Under the pieces are notes generated by a model that searched no databases, had not been told where the DNA came from, and saw nothing but the letters and a program-made list of their open reading frames with translations. 64,000 nt of DNA from an uncultured Bdellovibrionales bacterium (GTDB lineage: Bacteria; Patescibacteriota; Minisyncoccia; Moranbacterales; UBA1568). The DNA lies in NCBI GenBank assembly GCA_964436855.1, contig CAYTED010000004.1, positions 3,627 to 67,626 of the forward strand. The letters run 5' to 3'. Position numbers and translations under genes: made by a program. Positions 42,774 through 50,726 of this stretch are shown here, in pieces (position 1 is the stretch's first letter; every line of letters begins with the position of its first letter).

Positions 42774-43193
42774 CTAGTCCTTCTTCTTCTCCTTCTTCAC
42801 GCCATACTTCGACCGACTCCGCTTGCGCTTCGCAACGCCGGCCGCATCAAATGTCCCTCGAACCACATGATACCGCACACCCGGAAGATCCTTCACTCGT
42901 CCGCCGCGAATCATTACGATCGAGTGTTCCTGAAGATTATGCCCTTCATCCGGAATATACGCCGTTACTTCCATACCGTTCGTCAATCGGACACGACAAA
43001 TCTTCCGAAGCGCCGAGTTCGGCTTCTTCGGAGTGGTGGTGGTTACTTTCAGGCAGACTCCGCGCTTAAACGGGCTGTCGGCAATCTTAAGACGGTTCTT
43101 TACACCGTTCCAAGCAACCCCCATTGCCGGAGACTTTGACTTTCTCTTCACTGATTTTCGCCCGCGTTTTACGAGCTGATTGATCGTTGCCAC
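42774..43193 (-). CDS. rpsL: 30S ribosomal protein S12
   Basis: [10 protein letters not shown]. Confidence 0.95.
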   Translation of the reverse strand: MATINQLVKRGRKSVKRKSKSPAMGVAWNGVKNRLKIADSPFKRGVCLKVTTTTPKKPNSALRKICRVRLTNGMEVTAYIPDEGHNLQEHSIVMIRGGRVKDLPGVRYHVVRGTFDAAGVAKRKRSRSKYGVKKEKKKD

Positions 43194-43241
43194 AGTATTT
43201 TTTGGATTACACCTTTAGTACAAACAAAAAAAGAGTGCTTA

Positions 43242-43400
43242 GAACCTGTTCGAAACCTCTCTTTCGTTACGAAAATTTTCATTTTCGAGCGAAAAATTTG
43301 GAGAACGAGGAAGGCTATAAGGAATATAACCTGACGAGTTATCCGAATTTTACAGCCGAAAATGAAATTTTGCAGTAAAAAACGGGTTTTGAACAGGTTC
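43242..43400. repeat. Upstream-of-rpsL structured spacer: a 16-bp long-range inverted repeat (43242-43257 and 43385-43400) enclosing CGAAAATTTTCATTTTCG-type AT repeats
   Basis: gaacctgttcgaaacc vs ggttttgaacaggttc (15/16 complementary). Confidence 0.45.
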
Positions 43401-43490
43401 ACAACTCGTAGTCCCATTATAGGGAAGAAAAGGGAACTGTCAACCCCGCCCGAAAAGTTTCGCGCAGCGATGCGAATGACCCCGCGCCCT

Positions 43491-44204
43491 CTACACCGCG
43501 ATCCCGAAAAAAACCCCAAGCATCCGCGTAATGAAAAAACTTATCGGCGCCGAAACAAATACGATAATAAAAATCAGAAGAAAGAACCCGTATTGTTCAA
43601 GGAGCGCCTGTGTCTCTTCGCGAATCTGAAAAAGAGTAAAGACGATTTTCGATCCATCAAGCGGCGGCACGGGAATGAGATTAAAACACCCGAGAATCAC
43701 GTTCCAAGAAATAATCATAAGAAACAACGCAAACAAAATCCCGAATGCCGATCCGGAGACATCGTTTGCCAGAGCTTCCCAGCCGCGCCCCTGAAAAGCG
43801 GCGAGTTGGAAACTGCTCAAAATTTCCATTTTCTCGATCGGCCGAAGTGGCAACAAAAACGCGAGAAACGACGCGGACAATGCGAGAAAAAAATTCGACG
43901 CCGGTCCGGCAAGCGCCACATAGAGTGGTCCGTTTTTCTGATCGCGAAGATTGTACGGATTATACGGAACCGGTTTTGCCCAACCGAACAAAAAAGGCAC
44001 TTTTGCAAGAAACAGCATCCCCGGCAAAATAACCGATCCGAACCAATCGATATGATTCATCGGATTCAGGTTGAGTCGTCCCGCGTATTTTGCCGTCTTG
44101 TCTCCAAGCCACAAAGCCACGACCCCGTGAGAAATCTCGTGAATAATGATCGAGTAGATCAGGGTGATGAGATAGAAAACGATAAGAACGATTTCATTGG
44201 ACAT
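43491..44204 (-). CDS. Site-2-protease-like M50 family membrane metalloprotease
   Basis: HEISHG (HExxH) in the first TM region. Polytopic. M50-like LDG-type motif. Confidence 0.75.
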   Translation of the reverse strand: MSNEIVLIVFYLITLIYSIIIHEISHGVVALWLGDKTAKYAGRLNLNPMNHIDWFGSVILPGMLFLAKVPFLFGWAKPVPYNPYNLRDQKNGPLYVALAGPASNFFLALSASFLAFLLPLRPIEKMEILSSFQLAAFQGRGWEALANDVSGSAFGILFALFLMIISWNVILGCFNLIPVPPLDGSKIVFTLFQIREETQALLEQYGFFLLIFIIVFVSAPISFFITRMLGVFFGIAV

Positions 44205-44239
44205 ACCGAAAAATAAGATAAAAGATAATGGATATTGGT

Positions 44240-44319
44240 GAGGACCTTCGCGTTTGAGTTCAATTCAAGCCGCAGAGACTCCGCAGCAAAAAAGTCCACC
44301 AAACACGAGAATCCTACGG
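44240..44319 (+). repeat. Copy R1 of an approximately 80-nt direct repeat (partner at 46355-46487)
   Basis: gaggaccttcgcgtttgagttcaattcaagccgcagagactccgcagcaaaaaagtccaccaaacacgagaatcctacgg. Lies about 60 nt upstream of rpmB. Confidence 0.5.
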
Positions 44320-44377
44320 TATTGCAAGAAAAGCGTTTCTATGGTACCTTTTTTCAAGTAATAACTCAAGACCGATT

Positions 44378-44557
44378 ATGAGCCGAACTTGCCAAATGAC
44401 CGGACGCGGCACGAAAACCGGAAACGCCCGCAGTCACTCGAATATCGCCACCAGACGAACCTTTAAGGTAAACGTCCAGACGAAACGAGTAAACGGGGTG
44501 AAAATGAAGCTCTCCACCAAGGCGATCCGCACACTTGCGAAACAAGCCGCGAAATAA
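44378..44557 (+). CDS. rpmB: 50S ribosomal protein L28 (59 aa). It is absent from the supplied ORF track because it is under 60 aa
   Basis: MSRTCQMTGRGTKTGNARSHSNIATRRTFKVNVQTKRV... matches the L28 pattern M.R.C..TGK...GN..SH....T.R.F.PNLQ. Confidence 0.8.
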   Translation: MSRTCQMTGRGTKTGNARSHSNIATRRTFKVNVQTKRVNGVKMKLSTKAIRTLAKQAAK

Positions 44558-44564
44558 TCAAACA

Positions 44565-44590
44565 CCCCGCGCGTCGGGGTTTTGTTTTTC
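44565..44590 (+). terminator. Rho-independent terminator after rpmB
   Basis: ccccgcgcgtcgggg followed by TTTTGTTTTT. Confidence 0.55.
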
Positions 44591-44597
44591 AAACACA

Positions 44598-44650
44598 GCT
44601 CCCTTTCTTCCTCCTCCCCTTTCCGAGGGGAGGATATGAGGAGGGGTTCG
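44598..44650. repeat. Copy of the two-hairpin palindromic repeat family (short variant)
   Basis: cctcctcccctttccgaggggagga ... gaggaggggttcg. Confidence 0.5.
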
Positions 44651-44678
44651 ATTCGTAACTTCACGATACCTAATATCT

Positions 44679-45077
44679 ATGCTCCAAGAATTCAGACAAT
44701 TCGCGCTCCGCGGCAATGTCATCGATCTCGCAGTCGGTGTCGTTATCGGCGGCGCCTTCGGCAAAATCGTTACCTCGCTCGTCAACGATATCATTACCCC
44801 AATCATCGGTATCCTTCTCCGGGGGATCGATGTCTCGACACTGGCTTTTATCGTCGGAAACGCAAAAATAAACTACGGGTCGTTTCTGCAATCCATTATC
44901 GACTTTCTTATCATCGCGCTCGCGATTTTCGTCGCGATCAAACAAATCACCAAAGTTCGAAAAAAACTCGGTCTCGAAAGCGAGCCGACGCCGGAAACCA
45001 CCAAGGAATGTTCGTATTGTCTCTCCAAAATCGACAAACGCGCCTCCCGCTGCCCGCAGTGTACCTCTTCGCTCTAA
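44679..45077 (+). CDS. mscL: Large-conductance mechanosensitive channel MscL with a C-terminal Cys4 zinc-ribbon
   Basis: MLQEFRQFALRGNVIDLAVGVVIGGAFGKIV MscL signature. C-terminal CSYC...CPQC. Confidence 0.85.
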   Translation: MLQEFRQFALRGNVIDLAVGVVIGGAFGKIVTSLVNDIITPIIGILLRGIDVSTLAFIVGNAKINYGSFLQSIIDFLIIALAIFVAIKQITKVRKKLGLESEPTPETTKECSYCLSKIDKRASRCPQCTSSL

Positions 45078-45097
45078 AAAAAGAATCAACAAAAAAA

Positions 45098-45121
45098 CCG
45101 GCGATAAAGCCGGTTTTTTTA
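45098..45121 (+). terminator. Rho-independent terminator after mscL
   Basis: ccggcgataaagccgg followed by TTTTTTT. Confidence 0.55.
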
Positions 45122-45130
45122 TTACACCAT

Positions 45131-45186
45131 CCCTCCTGCTCCCCTTTCTAAGGGGAGCTGCCGAGTCTTCAGGGTTGAGGGGTGTG
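45131..45186. repeat. Copy of the two-hairpin palindromic repeat family
   Basis: ccctcctgctcccctttctaaggggagctgccgagtcttcagggttgaggggtgtg. Confidence 0.55.
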
Positions 45187-45214
45187 TTGAATTGGTGAAT
45201 GAGATTTGATATTA

Positions 45215-45460
45215 CTACGAATGATACGAAACGATATATTTTCCGCTCGTACTCTCATACGTCAGCACGAAGCGATGCTTGTATCCGTCCTGAAACGGAG
45301 CCGTTCCCTTATTCTTCGCGTAATAAAGAAATACATCCATTTCATCCTCATACAAAGCGCTCAAATAATCCGTAGCGTCCGACAATCTGGAAACTTCTTC
45401 GTCATACCACACGCTCCCTCCGGACACGGAAACTTCTTTCAAAGTTTTTTCTTCCGACAT
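45215..45460 (-). CDS. Hypothetical small acidic protein
   Basis: ORF only. Start chosen at MSEEKTLKEV. No motifs. Confidence 0.3.
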   Translation of the reverse strand: MSEEKTLKEVSVSGGSVWYDEEVSRLSDATDYLSALYEDEMDVFLYYAKNKGTAPFQDGYKHRFVLTYESTSGKYIVSYHS

Positions 45461-45578
45461 AGTTTTGTTTCTTAAAAAAATTATCTGTCGGGGTATCGGG
45501 AATCCCTGCCCGCCATACTTTCGCCTCTTCGGCGGATGTAGGCGGGGAACCGGAACGACAACTTTCATCCTAAAAATG

Positions 45579-45649
45579 TCGGGGTAAGCGGAATTGAACC
45601 GCTGCTACAACCACCCCATGGTCGCGTACTACCACTATACTATACCCCG
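45579..45649 (-). tRNA. tRNA-Pro (anticodon GGG)
   Basis: Acceptor CGGGGTA/TACCCCG. Anticodon arm CGACC-ATGGGGT-GGTTG. T-arm GCGGTTCAATTCCGC. Confidence 0.8.
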
Positions 45650-45757
45650 ATAAGAAAAACACAAAACTCAAACCACAAAAGCCAAACAAAAGCCAAATAA
45701 GTCGTCTCGAGTAATTCCTAACCATCCCTATTCCAAGCCGTCATAAGACTCTTCATT

Positions 45758-45836
45758 CTGTCATCCCGGGCTTGATACGGGATCCAGAAAAAATCAGTTT
45801 GTGGAGCCTGGATCCCCGCCTTCGCGGGGATGACAG
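45758..45836. repeat. Hairpin-pair palindromic element (family TGTCAYCCCCGC..GCGGGGATCCAG), locus 1
   Basis: ctgtcatcccgggcttgatacgggatccag + 20 nt + ctggatccccgccttcgcggggatgacag. The two units are in inverted orientation. Confidence 0.55.
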
Positions 45837-46081
45837 AGGACTAACCCAATACCAGTTCAAAACGATTTTTACTCTATCATTCTTTCTAAAAAAAGTGCAA
45901 GGGAGGTCTTATTCAAGACGCTCCCTTCTTCGGACGGCGCGTTGCGCCGCCGGATGTGTCACAAAGGACGCATGGCCAGACAATGCCGATATGTGAACAT
46001 TATCCGCCGCGCCCACTGGTGCAACGCGATATCGGCACGCAGCTTGCGCACGCATCGTGCGAGTTGCCGACGTAAGAATCG

Positions 46082-46222
46082 CTACCGCTGTTCCACCTTT
46101 TCAAACCCGACCTCCTCGTGGAATACCTTCGTCCCGCGGGAAACGGCGATCATTATCTTCTCGATGAGACCCCACACGCGATTTTTCACCGTGCGGTCAT
46201 AGACAACATCCCTACCAGACAT
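46082..46222 (-). CDS. Hypothetical 46-aa protein with a perfect Shine-Dalgarno, inside a GC-rich island
   Basis: AAGGAGG lies 5 nt upstream of the ATG. MSGRDVVYDRTVKNRVWGLIEKIMIAVSRGTKVFHEEVGFEKVEQR. Surrounding DNA is about 58% GC versus about 47% elsewhere. A terminator hairpin sits at 45885-45921. Confidence 0.4.
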   Translation of the reverse strand: MSGRDVVYDRTVKNRVWGLIEKIMIAVSRGTKVFHEEVGFEKVEQR

Positions 46223-46354
46223 GCTTGCCTCCTTGGTTCAATTCTATATTACCCCTGAAAACATCGTTTCAAGGCCGCCATACCGCCCGATTATTCCCGA
46301 GCGAGGAAGAATATTCATCAACAAATACTCTTCCCCACCCGGAAACTTTCTTTA

Positions 46355-46487
46355 GAGGACTTGCGCGTTTGAGTGAAATTCAAGGCGCGGAGAAAGTGGC
46401 GATCGAGGCGTACTACAGAGAGTTACGGTAAGGGCGACACAGAGGCTCCGCAACGAAGAAGTTTGCCAAACGCGGAAGTCCTAATTT
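46355..46487 (+). repeat. Copy R2 of the approximately 80-nt direct repeat, with an approximately 50-nt internal insertion
   Basis: gaggacttgcgcgtttgagtgaaattcaaggcgcggag [49 nt] gaggctccgcaacgaagaagtttgccaaacgcggaagtcctaatttt. Collinear with R1 at about 80% identity. Confidence 0.5.
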
Positions 46488-46774
46488 TGTAAAAGTACAA
46501 AACCCGGCGCTACGGGCCGGGTTGAGGTTCGTTCTGGAAAAAATTGTCTTTTTCTTTTTCCGCGACCCGGCACTCAAAAAATCCGTCCCTCCATAAGGAG
46601 GACAAACTTCTTGAGAAACAGGTTGCGCTGCATTTTTTGCATAAATGTTATAAGAACCGTTTTTCTTATAATCGTCAATTCTACCAGAGAACATTTCTCA
46701 TGTCAACAGCGTCTAAGAAAAAGCAAAATCTGTCTTTCGACGGATCAGCTCTTCTTTTGAGTTATACAAAAAAA

Positions 46775-47392
46775 CTACTCCAGAATCCCGTCCAAGTTTA
46801 CATCGTAAAGAATCTGCTCGGATACGAGACGGTATTTGATGATCTCTTTTTCATCAAACCAGATTTTTATCTCACGCTCGGCTTCTTCGGGTGAATCGGA
46901 GCAGTGAATAAGATTTCGCACCGCGCGATTGTCAAGCGACGAGAGCGCATACGAATCGACCGTCAGGTCTCCGCGAATCGTTCCCACATCGGAGGTCGTC
47001 GGCTCGGTACCGCCCACAAGTTTTTTCACGATCGCAACCGACTGATTCCCCTCAATCACCATTGCCAAAACCGGTCCCGATGTAAAAAAATCAACATTCG
47101 ACTGAATAATATCCTTTCCGTATTCGATTGCTTCTTTTTCGATCGGCATTCCGTGCGCTTTGCGATCCTCCACGATGCGAGTTCCTTTTTTGAGAAACCA
47201 TTCTTCATCTTTGTTGTAGTGCGTCCAGCACTGCTCCGCTTCGGGAAGAAGAAATTTGACCGCAGCAAATTTGAGTCCCGTCCGCTCGATCCGGCGGAGA
47301 ATTTCGCCCATAAGCCCCCGCTGCACGCCGTCCGGCTTGACGATAACGAGTGATCGTTCTTTCTTCGGATGATGCTCCATAAAAATCTTCAC
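46775..47392 (-). CDS. ndk: Nucleoside-diphosphate kinase with an internal insertion
   Basis: LVIVKPDGVQRGLMGEI ... NLIHCSDSPEEAEREIKIWF. About 205 aa versus about 140 typical. Confidence 0.85.
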   Translation of the reverse strand: MKIFMEHHPKKERSLVIVKPDGVQRGLMGEILRRIERTGLKFAAVKFLLPEAEQCWTHYNKDEEWFLKKGTRIVEDRKAHGMPIEKEAIEYGKDIIQSNVDFFTSGPVLAMVIEGNQSVAIVKKLVGGTEPTTSDVGTIRGDLTVDSYALSSLDNRAVRNLIHCSDSPEEAEREIKIWFDEKEIIKYRLVSEQILYDVNLDGILE

Positions 47393-47460
47393 CTTAAAAA
47401 ATCATTCATTATTTGAAAGGATACCACAAAATTCAACAGAAAGCAAGCGCTCACCAAAAC

Positions 47461-48306
47461 CTATCTCCTTTCACACGTTTGTTTGCGACACACATACGCA
47501 ATGTCTCCCAAAAGATCCGTCCGAAAAATACTCGCTCCGATTTTTTGCAAACGATCAAGCGTTTCCGACGTCGGATGTCCGTACGAATTTTTCCCAACCA
47601 ACACGATCGCTTCTTTCGGTTTCACGGAATTGAGAAAAGATTCGCTGGTCGAATACTTCGATCCGTGGTGCGCGACTTTCAATATATCCGCCTGCGGAAT
47701 CTCCGAAAGAAAATGTTCTTCATTCGGGAGGTCTCCAGTGAACAACACTCGTGTCTCGCCAAAAGAAAAAAGCAAAACAATACTTCCTTCGTTCGAAGCG
47801 TCCTTTCCTGCCGACACGAATTCCGGCGTCGGATGCAAAACATCGAATACTCCTTTCCCATCGGGAAGCGAAATCCGACTTCCGGATCGCAGGGCGTGCC
47901 GATCGACACCCGCCCGTTCAACCGCCGAGAAAAATTCTTTTTCCGTTTCAGTTCCGTCTTCGATCCCGTTTGTCAACACGCTCCTTACCCGATAGAGCCG
48001 GAGAAGTTTTGCAAAACCGCCGATATGATCCCGATCCGAGTGCGTCGCAAGAACCATTTCAATCGTCCGATCCCAAAACGGAAGGTGCCGTCCCAAATGC
48101 GAGAGGAGCCGATCGGGGTCCGCGCCGCTATCAATCAGCAACTCCGTCAAACCGGACCGAACGAGTATCGCATCTCCCTCGCCGATATCAAGAAAAATCA
48201 CTTCCACGGCATCGTCGCGATACGAGACAACAAGAAACACGCCGAGCATTACCGCGAAGGAAAACAGAAATAAAACGATGAAAAAAAGAATTTTGGTTCG
48301 CATCAT
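47461..48306 (-). CDS. Membrane-anchored MBL-fold nuclease, equivalent to the ComEC C-terminal domain, encoded as a separate gene
   Basis: N-terminal TM. ATHSDRDHIGG (HxHxDH) and VAHHGS motifs. Start overlaps the upstream stop by ATGA. Confidence 0.75.
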   Translation of the reverse strand: MMRTKILFFIVLFLFSFAVMLGVFLVVSYRDDAVEVIFLDIGEGDAILVRSGLTELLIDSGADPDRLLSHLGRHLPFWDRTIEMVLATHSDRDHIGGFAKLLRLYRVRSVLTNGIEDGTETEKEFFSAVERAGVDRHALRSGSRISLPDGKGVFDVLHPTPEFVSAGKDASNEGSIVLLFSFGETRVLFTGDLPNEEHFLSEIPQADILKVAHHGSKYSTSESFLNSVKPKEAIVLVGKNSYGHPTSETLDRLQKIGASIFRTDLLGDIAYVCRKQTCERR

Positions 48307-49784
48307 ACCGATTCATCATATCGCCTTCGTCGCAACAAGGCGAAAAAAACCGCGCAAGCAATCGCGTACCACCCCACAGCAAAGAAGAGGGGTGAAATAT
48401 TGTTGAATGATACCAACGCGAACGAAACATCAGAAAACATTCTCGCCGTTTCGGAAAAGAAAAAAAGAAGAAACGATGCGACCAGTGAAAACGGATCCGA
48501 CGAGAAAGAAAATATCATTCCGACAACACCGGAAAGAAACGAAAAAAGCATAATCGGCGAAACAAGTGGAAGAAGAATGGTGTTCACGGCAATCGACACA
48601 AGCGACACCTGCCCAAAAGAAACAAAAAGCACCGGCACGAGAAGCGCTTCAATCACCAGAGTCACAAATGCCGTCTCGAGAAACAATTTTGGGAGCCATG
48701 ATTTTGGAAACGGGATCCGCGTTTGAATTTCAAGCGAGAGGAGAATCGCCGCCGTCGCGAGAAACGAAAGCTCAAATCCGACATCGTATCGAATAACAAG
48801 CGGATTCATAAAAAGCATTGCCGCCAATGCAAAAAGAAGAAACCGCCACCCAACCCCCGGTCGCCCGATAATCGAACCGATAAAAAACGCGCACCCCATA
48901 ATACCCGCGCGCACCGCGGATGCCGGCGCACCAACCAAAAGCACATAAAGAACAATGCTCGCAATCGCTATCGCGGCGGCGGATCTCCTGTACCACCCGA
49001 GTCCGATTGCAAGCAAAAAGAACGCGCTCCCGACAAGCACGATATTGAATCCCGATACCGCCGTCACATGCGAAAGCCCGACGCGAACAAACACCTGCCG
49101 TTCATCGCTTGGCATAGCGTCATCCGACCCAAGAAGCATCCCCGCGGCAAGCGGCGCGTACTGCGGGACAATCGTCCGGTCAAGCGCTTCGAGAAACCGG
49201 TGTTTCCACCGGAAAAGACCCGTTTGAAACGACTCGCCTGATCGAGAAATCCGATCAAACCGATCAGGCCGACACGTGTACCCGATTCCGCGCGCAAGAA
49301 GTATCATCCGCCAAGGGAGCGTTCTTCCACTCATCTCAATCACTTCTTTCGGTTTTTCAAGAACACACGAAAGAAAAAACGACTCGCCCGGAAGCGCCTC
49401 GAATGTTTTCGGAAGTTCAAGACGGATTTTCTCCTTCGGACACGTGTTTGCGCAGTTATCAAATCGAAATTCCGCCTCCGAAGAGAATCCCTTCTCTTTC
49501 ACATCGCTAATTATTTGTCCGCGCCCGGAGACGGTTTCGGAAAACTCCGGAAGCTCTTCTCCATACGAACGTTTTTGCTCCGCAAACGACACGCCACCCG
49601 CAGCAACAAGAAAAAAAAGTGAAACGAGAACGGCGCCCTTCTCCCGAAAAAAAACGGAAAAGAGAGCGATCCCGAACAAAAGACACGCAAAAAGCATTTC
49701 CGGAAAAAACACCGGAAAAAATATCTCCAATCCGACACCGAACGAAAACCCGAGAAGCAACACCGAAAAAATATCGAATCGCAT
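48303..49784 (-). CDS. comEC: ComEC/Rec2 competence channel protein (DUF4131 plus competence domain, lacking the MBL domain)
   Basis: VGLSHVTAVSGFNIVLVG competence-domain motif. Polytopic membrane protein. Confidence 0.75.
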   Translation of the reverse strand: MRFDIFSVLLLGFSFGVGLEIFFPVFFPEMLFACLLFGIALFSVFFREKGAVLVSLFFLVAAGGVSFAEQKRSYGEELPEFSETVSGRGQIISDVKEKGFSSEAEFRFDNCANTCPKEKIRLELPKTFEALPGESFFLSCVLEKPKEVIEMSGRTLPWRMILLARGIGYTCRPDRFDRISRSGESFQTGLFRWKHRFLEALDRTIVPQYAPLAAGMLLGSDDAMPSDERQVFVRVGLSHVTAVSGFNIVLVGSAFFLLAIGLGWYRRSAAAIAIASIVLYVLLVGAPASAVRAGIMGCAFFIGSIIGRPGVGWRFLLFALAAMLFMNPLVIRYDVGFELSFLATAAILLSLEIQTRIPFPKSWLPKLFLETAFVTLVIEALLVPVLFVSFGQVSLVSIAVNTILLPLVSPIMLFSFLSGVVGMIFSFSSDPFSLVASFLLFFFSETARMFSDVSFALVSFNNISPLFFAVGWYAIACAVFFALLRRRRYDESV

Positions 49785-49822
49785 GCGAGCTTAAAACAAG
49801 CAATAAGAAAATTATTTCCTCT

Positions 49823-49923
49823 TTGTCACCCCCGCGAAGGCGGGGGTCCAGATTCCACGATCGTTGATTTTTCTTTGAACAAGGAAAGTGATTTCTGGGT
49901 TCCCGCTTTCGCGGGAATGACAG
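49823..49923. repeat. Hairpin-pair palindromic element, locus 2
   Basis: ttgtcacccccgcgaaggcgggggtccag + 42 nt + tctgggttcccgctttcgcgggaatgacag. Confidence 0.55.
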
Positions 49924-49943
49924 AAATGTATCCGATACCACCT

Positions 49944-50402
49944 TTATTCCTCTTTCCCCGGAAGTTTCTCAAGCGCCTTCAAAAAGCTCTTTGCGCTTCC
50001 GAAAGATTTGTACACGCTCGCAAACCGAATATACGCCACTTCATCAACAGAAAGAAGCTTCTCAATCACAAGGTTTCCAATATCGCGACTCGGAATTTCC
50101 GCAAGACGTTTCTCATGAAGATCATACTCGACTTCGCCGATAATTTTCTCGATTTTTTCCACCGCGTTCGGACGCTTCTCAAAAGCCCGATCAAGCCCGT
50201 GTTCGATTTTTTTCCGATCGTATTCTTCTTTCCGACCGTCTTTTTTCACCACCATCACGCGGAACATTTCCACCTCTTCGTACGTGCTGAAACGCGCGGC
50301 GCATTTTTCGCACTCGCGACGACGCCGCGTTACACGCCCTTCCTGGGTATCGCGCGAGTCAATAACTTTCGTTTCCGGGTGATTGCAAAAGGGGCAAAAC
50401 AT
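49944..50402 (-). CDS. nrdR: Transcriptional repressor NrdR
   Basis: MFCPFCNHPETKVIDSR zinc ribbon plus ATP-cone. Confidence 0.9.
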   Translation of the reverse strand: MFCPFCNHPETKVIDSRDTQEGRVTRRRRECEKCAARFSTYEEVEMFRVMVVKKDGRKEEYDRKKIEHGLDRAFEKRPNAVEKIEKIIGEVEYDLHEKRLAEIPSRDIGNLVIEKLLSVDEVAYIRFASVYKSFGSAKSFLKALEKLPGKEE

Positions 50403-50659
50403 AGAGGGAAGATAAGAGATATTTGATAGAGCGTATCTCAAAAATAGCTTTCGGACGATTTTTCTCTCATTTCGAGCGAAACGCTTGAAGAACGAGGAGG
50501 GATAATAGCATTATTCCGACGAGTTCTGAAAGTGTTGCAGCCGAAATTCAGGAAATGCAGTCGAAGATTATTTTTGAGATAGGCTCTAGTAGATAATAAA
50601 TCAAAAAATACGAAAGACTCTCTTTCAAGCATATTCCTTTTCTCGAATATTTCCAAGAA

Positions 50660-50696
50660 AAAATAAAAAAGAAGGCCCCTTCAAGCCTTCTTTTTG
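50660..50696 (-). terminator. Bidirectional rho-independent terminator after the large surface-protein gene
   Basis: gaaggc-cccttcaa-gccttc flanked by an A-run and a T-run. Confidence 0.5.
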
Positions 50697-50726
50697 ATTG
50701 ATTTTCCCTTTTTCTCTCACCTCTTT

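Noticed and set aside
44240-44377. Interpreting repeat R1 as an SRP RNA, 6S RNA or ribosomal-protein leader upstream of rpmB
   Set aside because: None of the conserved motifs of 4.5S/SRP, RNase P, tmRNA or 6S could be found by eye. It is kept only as an unclassified repeat.
45772-45996. ORFs translating palindromic repeats (LDPRLRGDD, WVPAFAGMTE; also 49507-49941 minus and 49875-50426 plus)
   Set aside because: The peptide motifs are the literal translation of the hairpin-pair repeat units. The same repeat gives similar peptides at both loci in different frames and strands.
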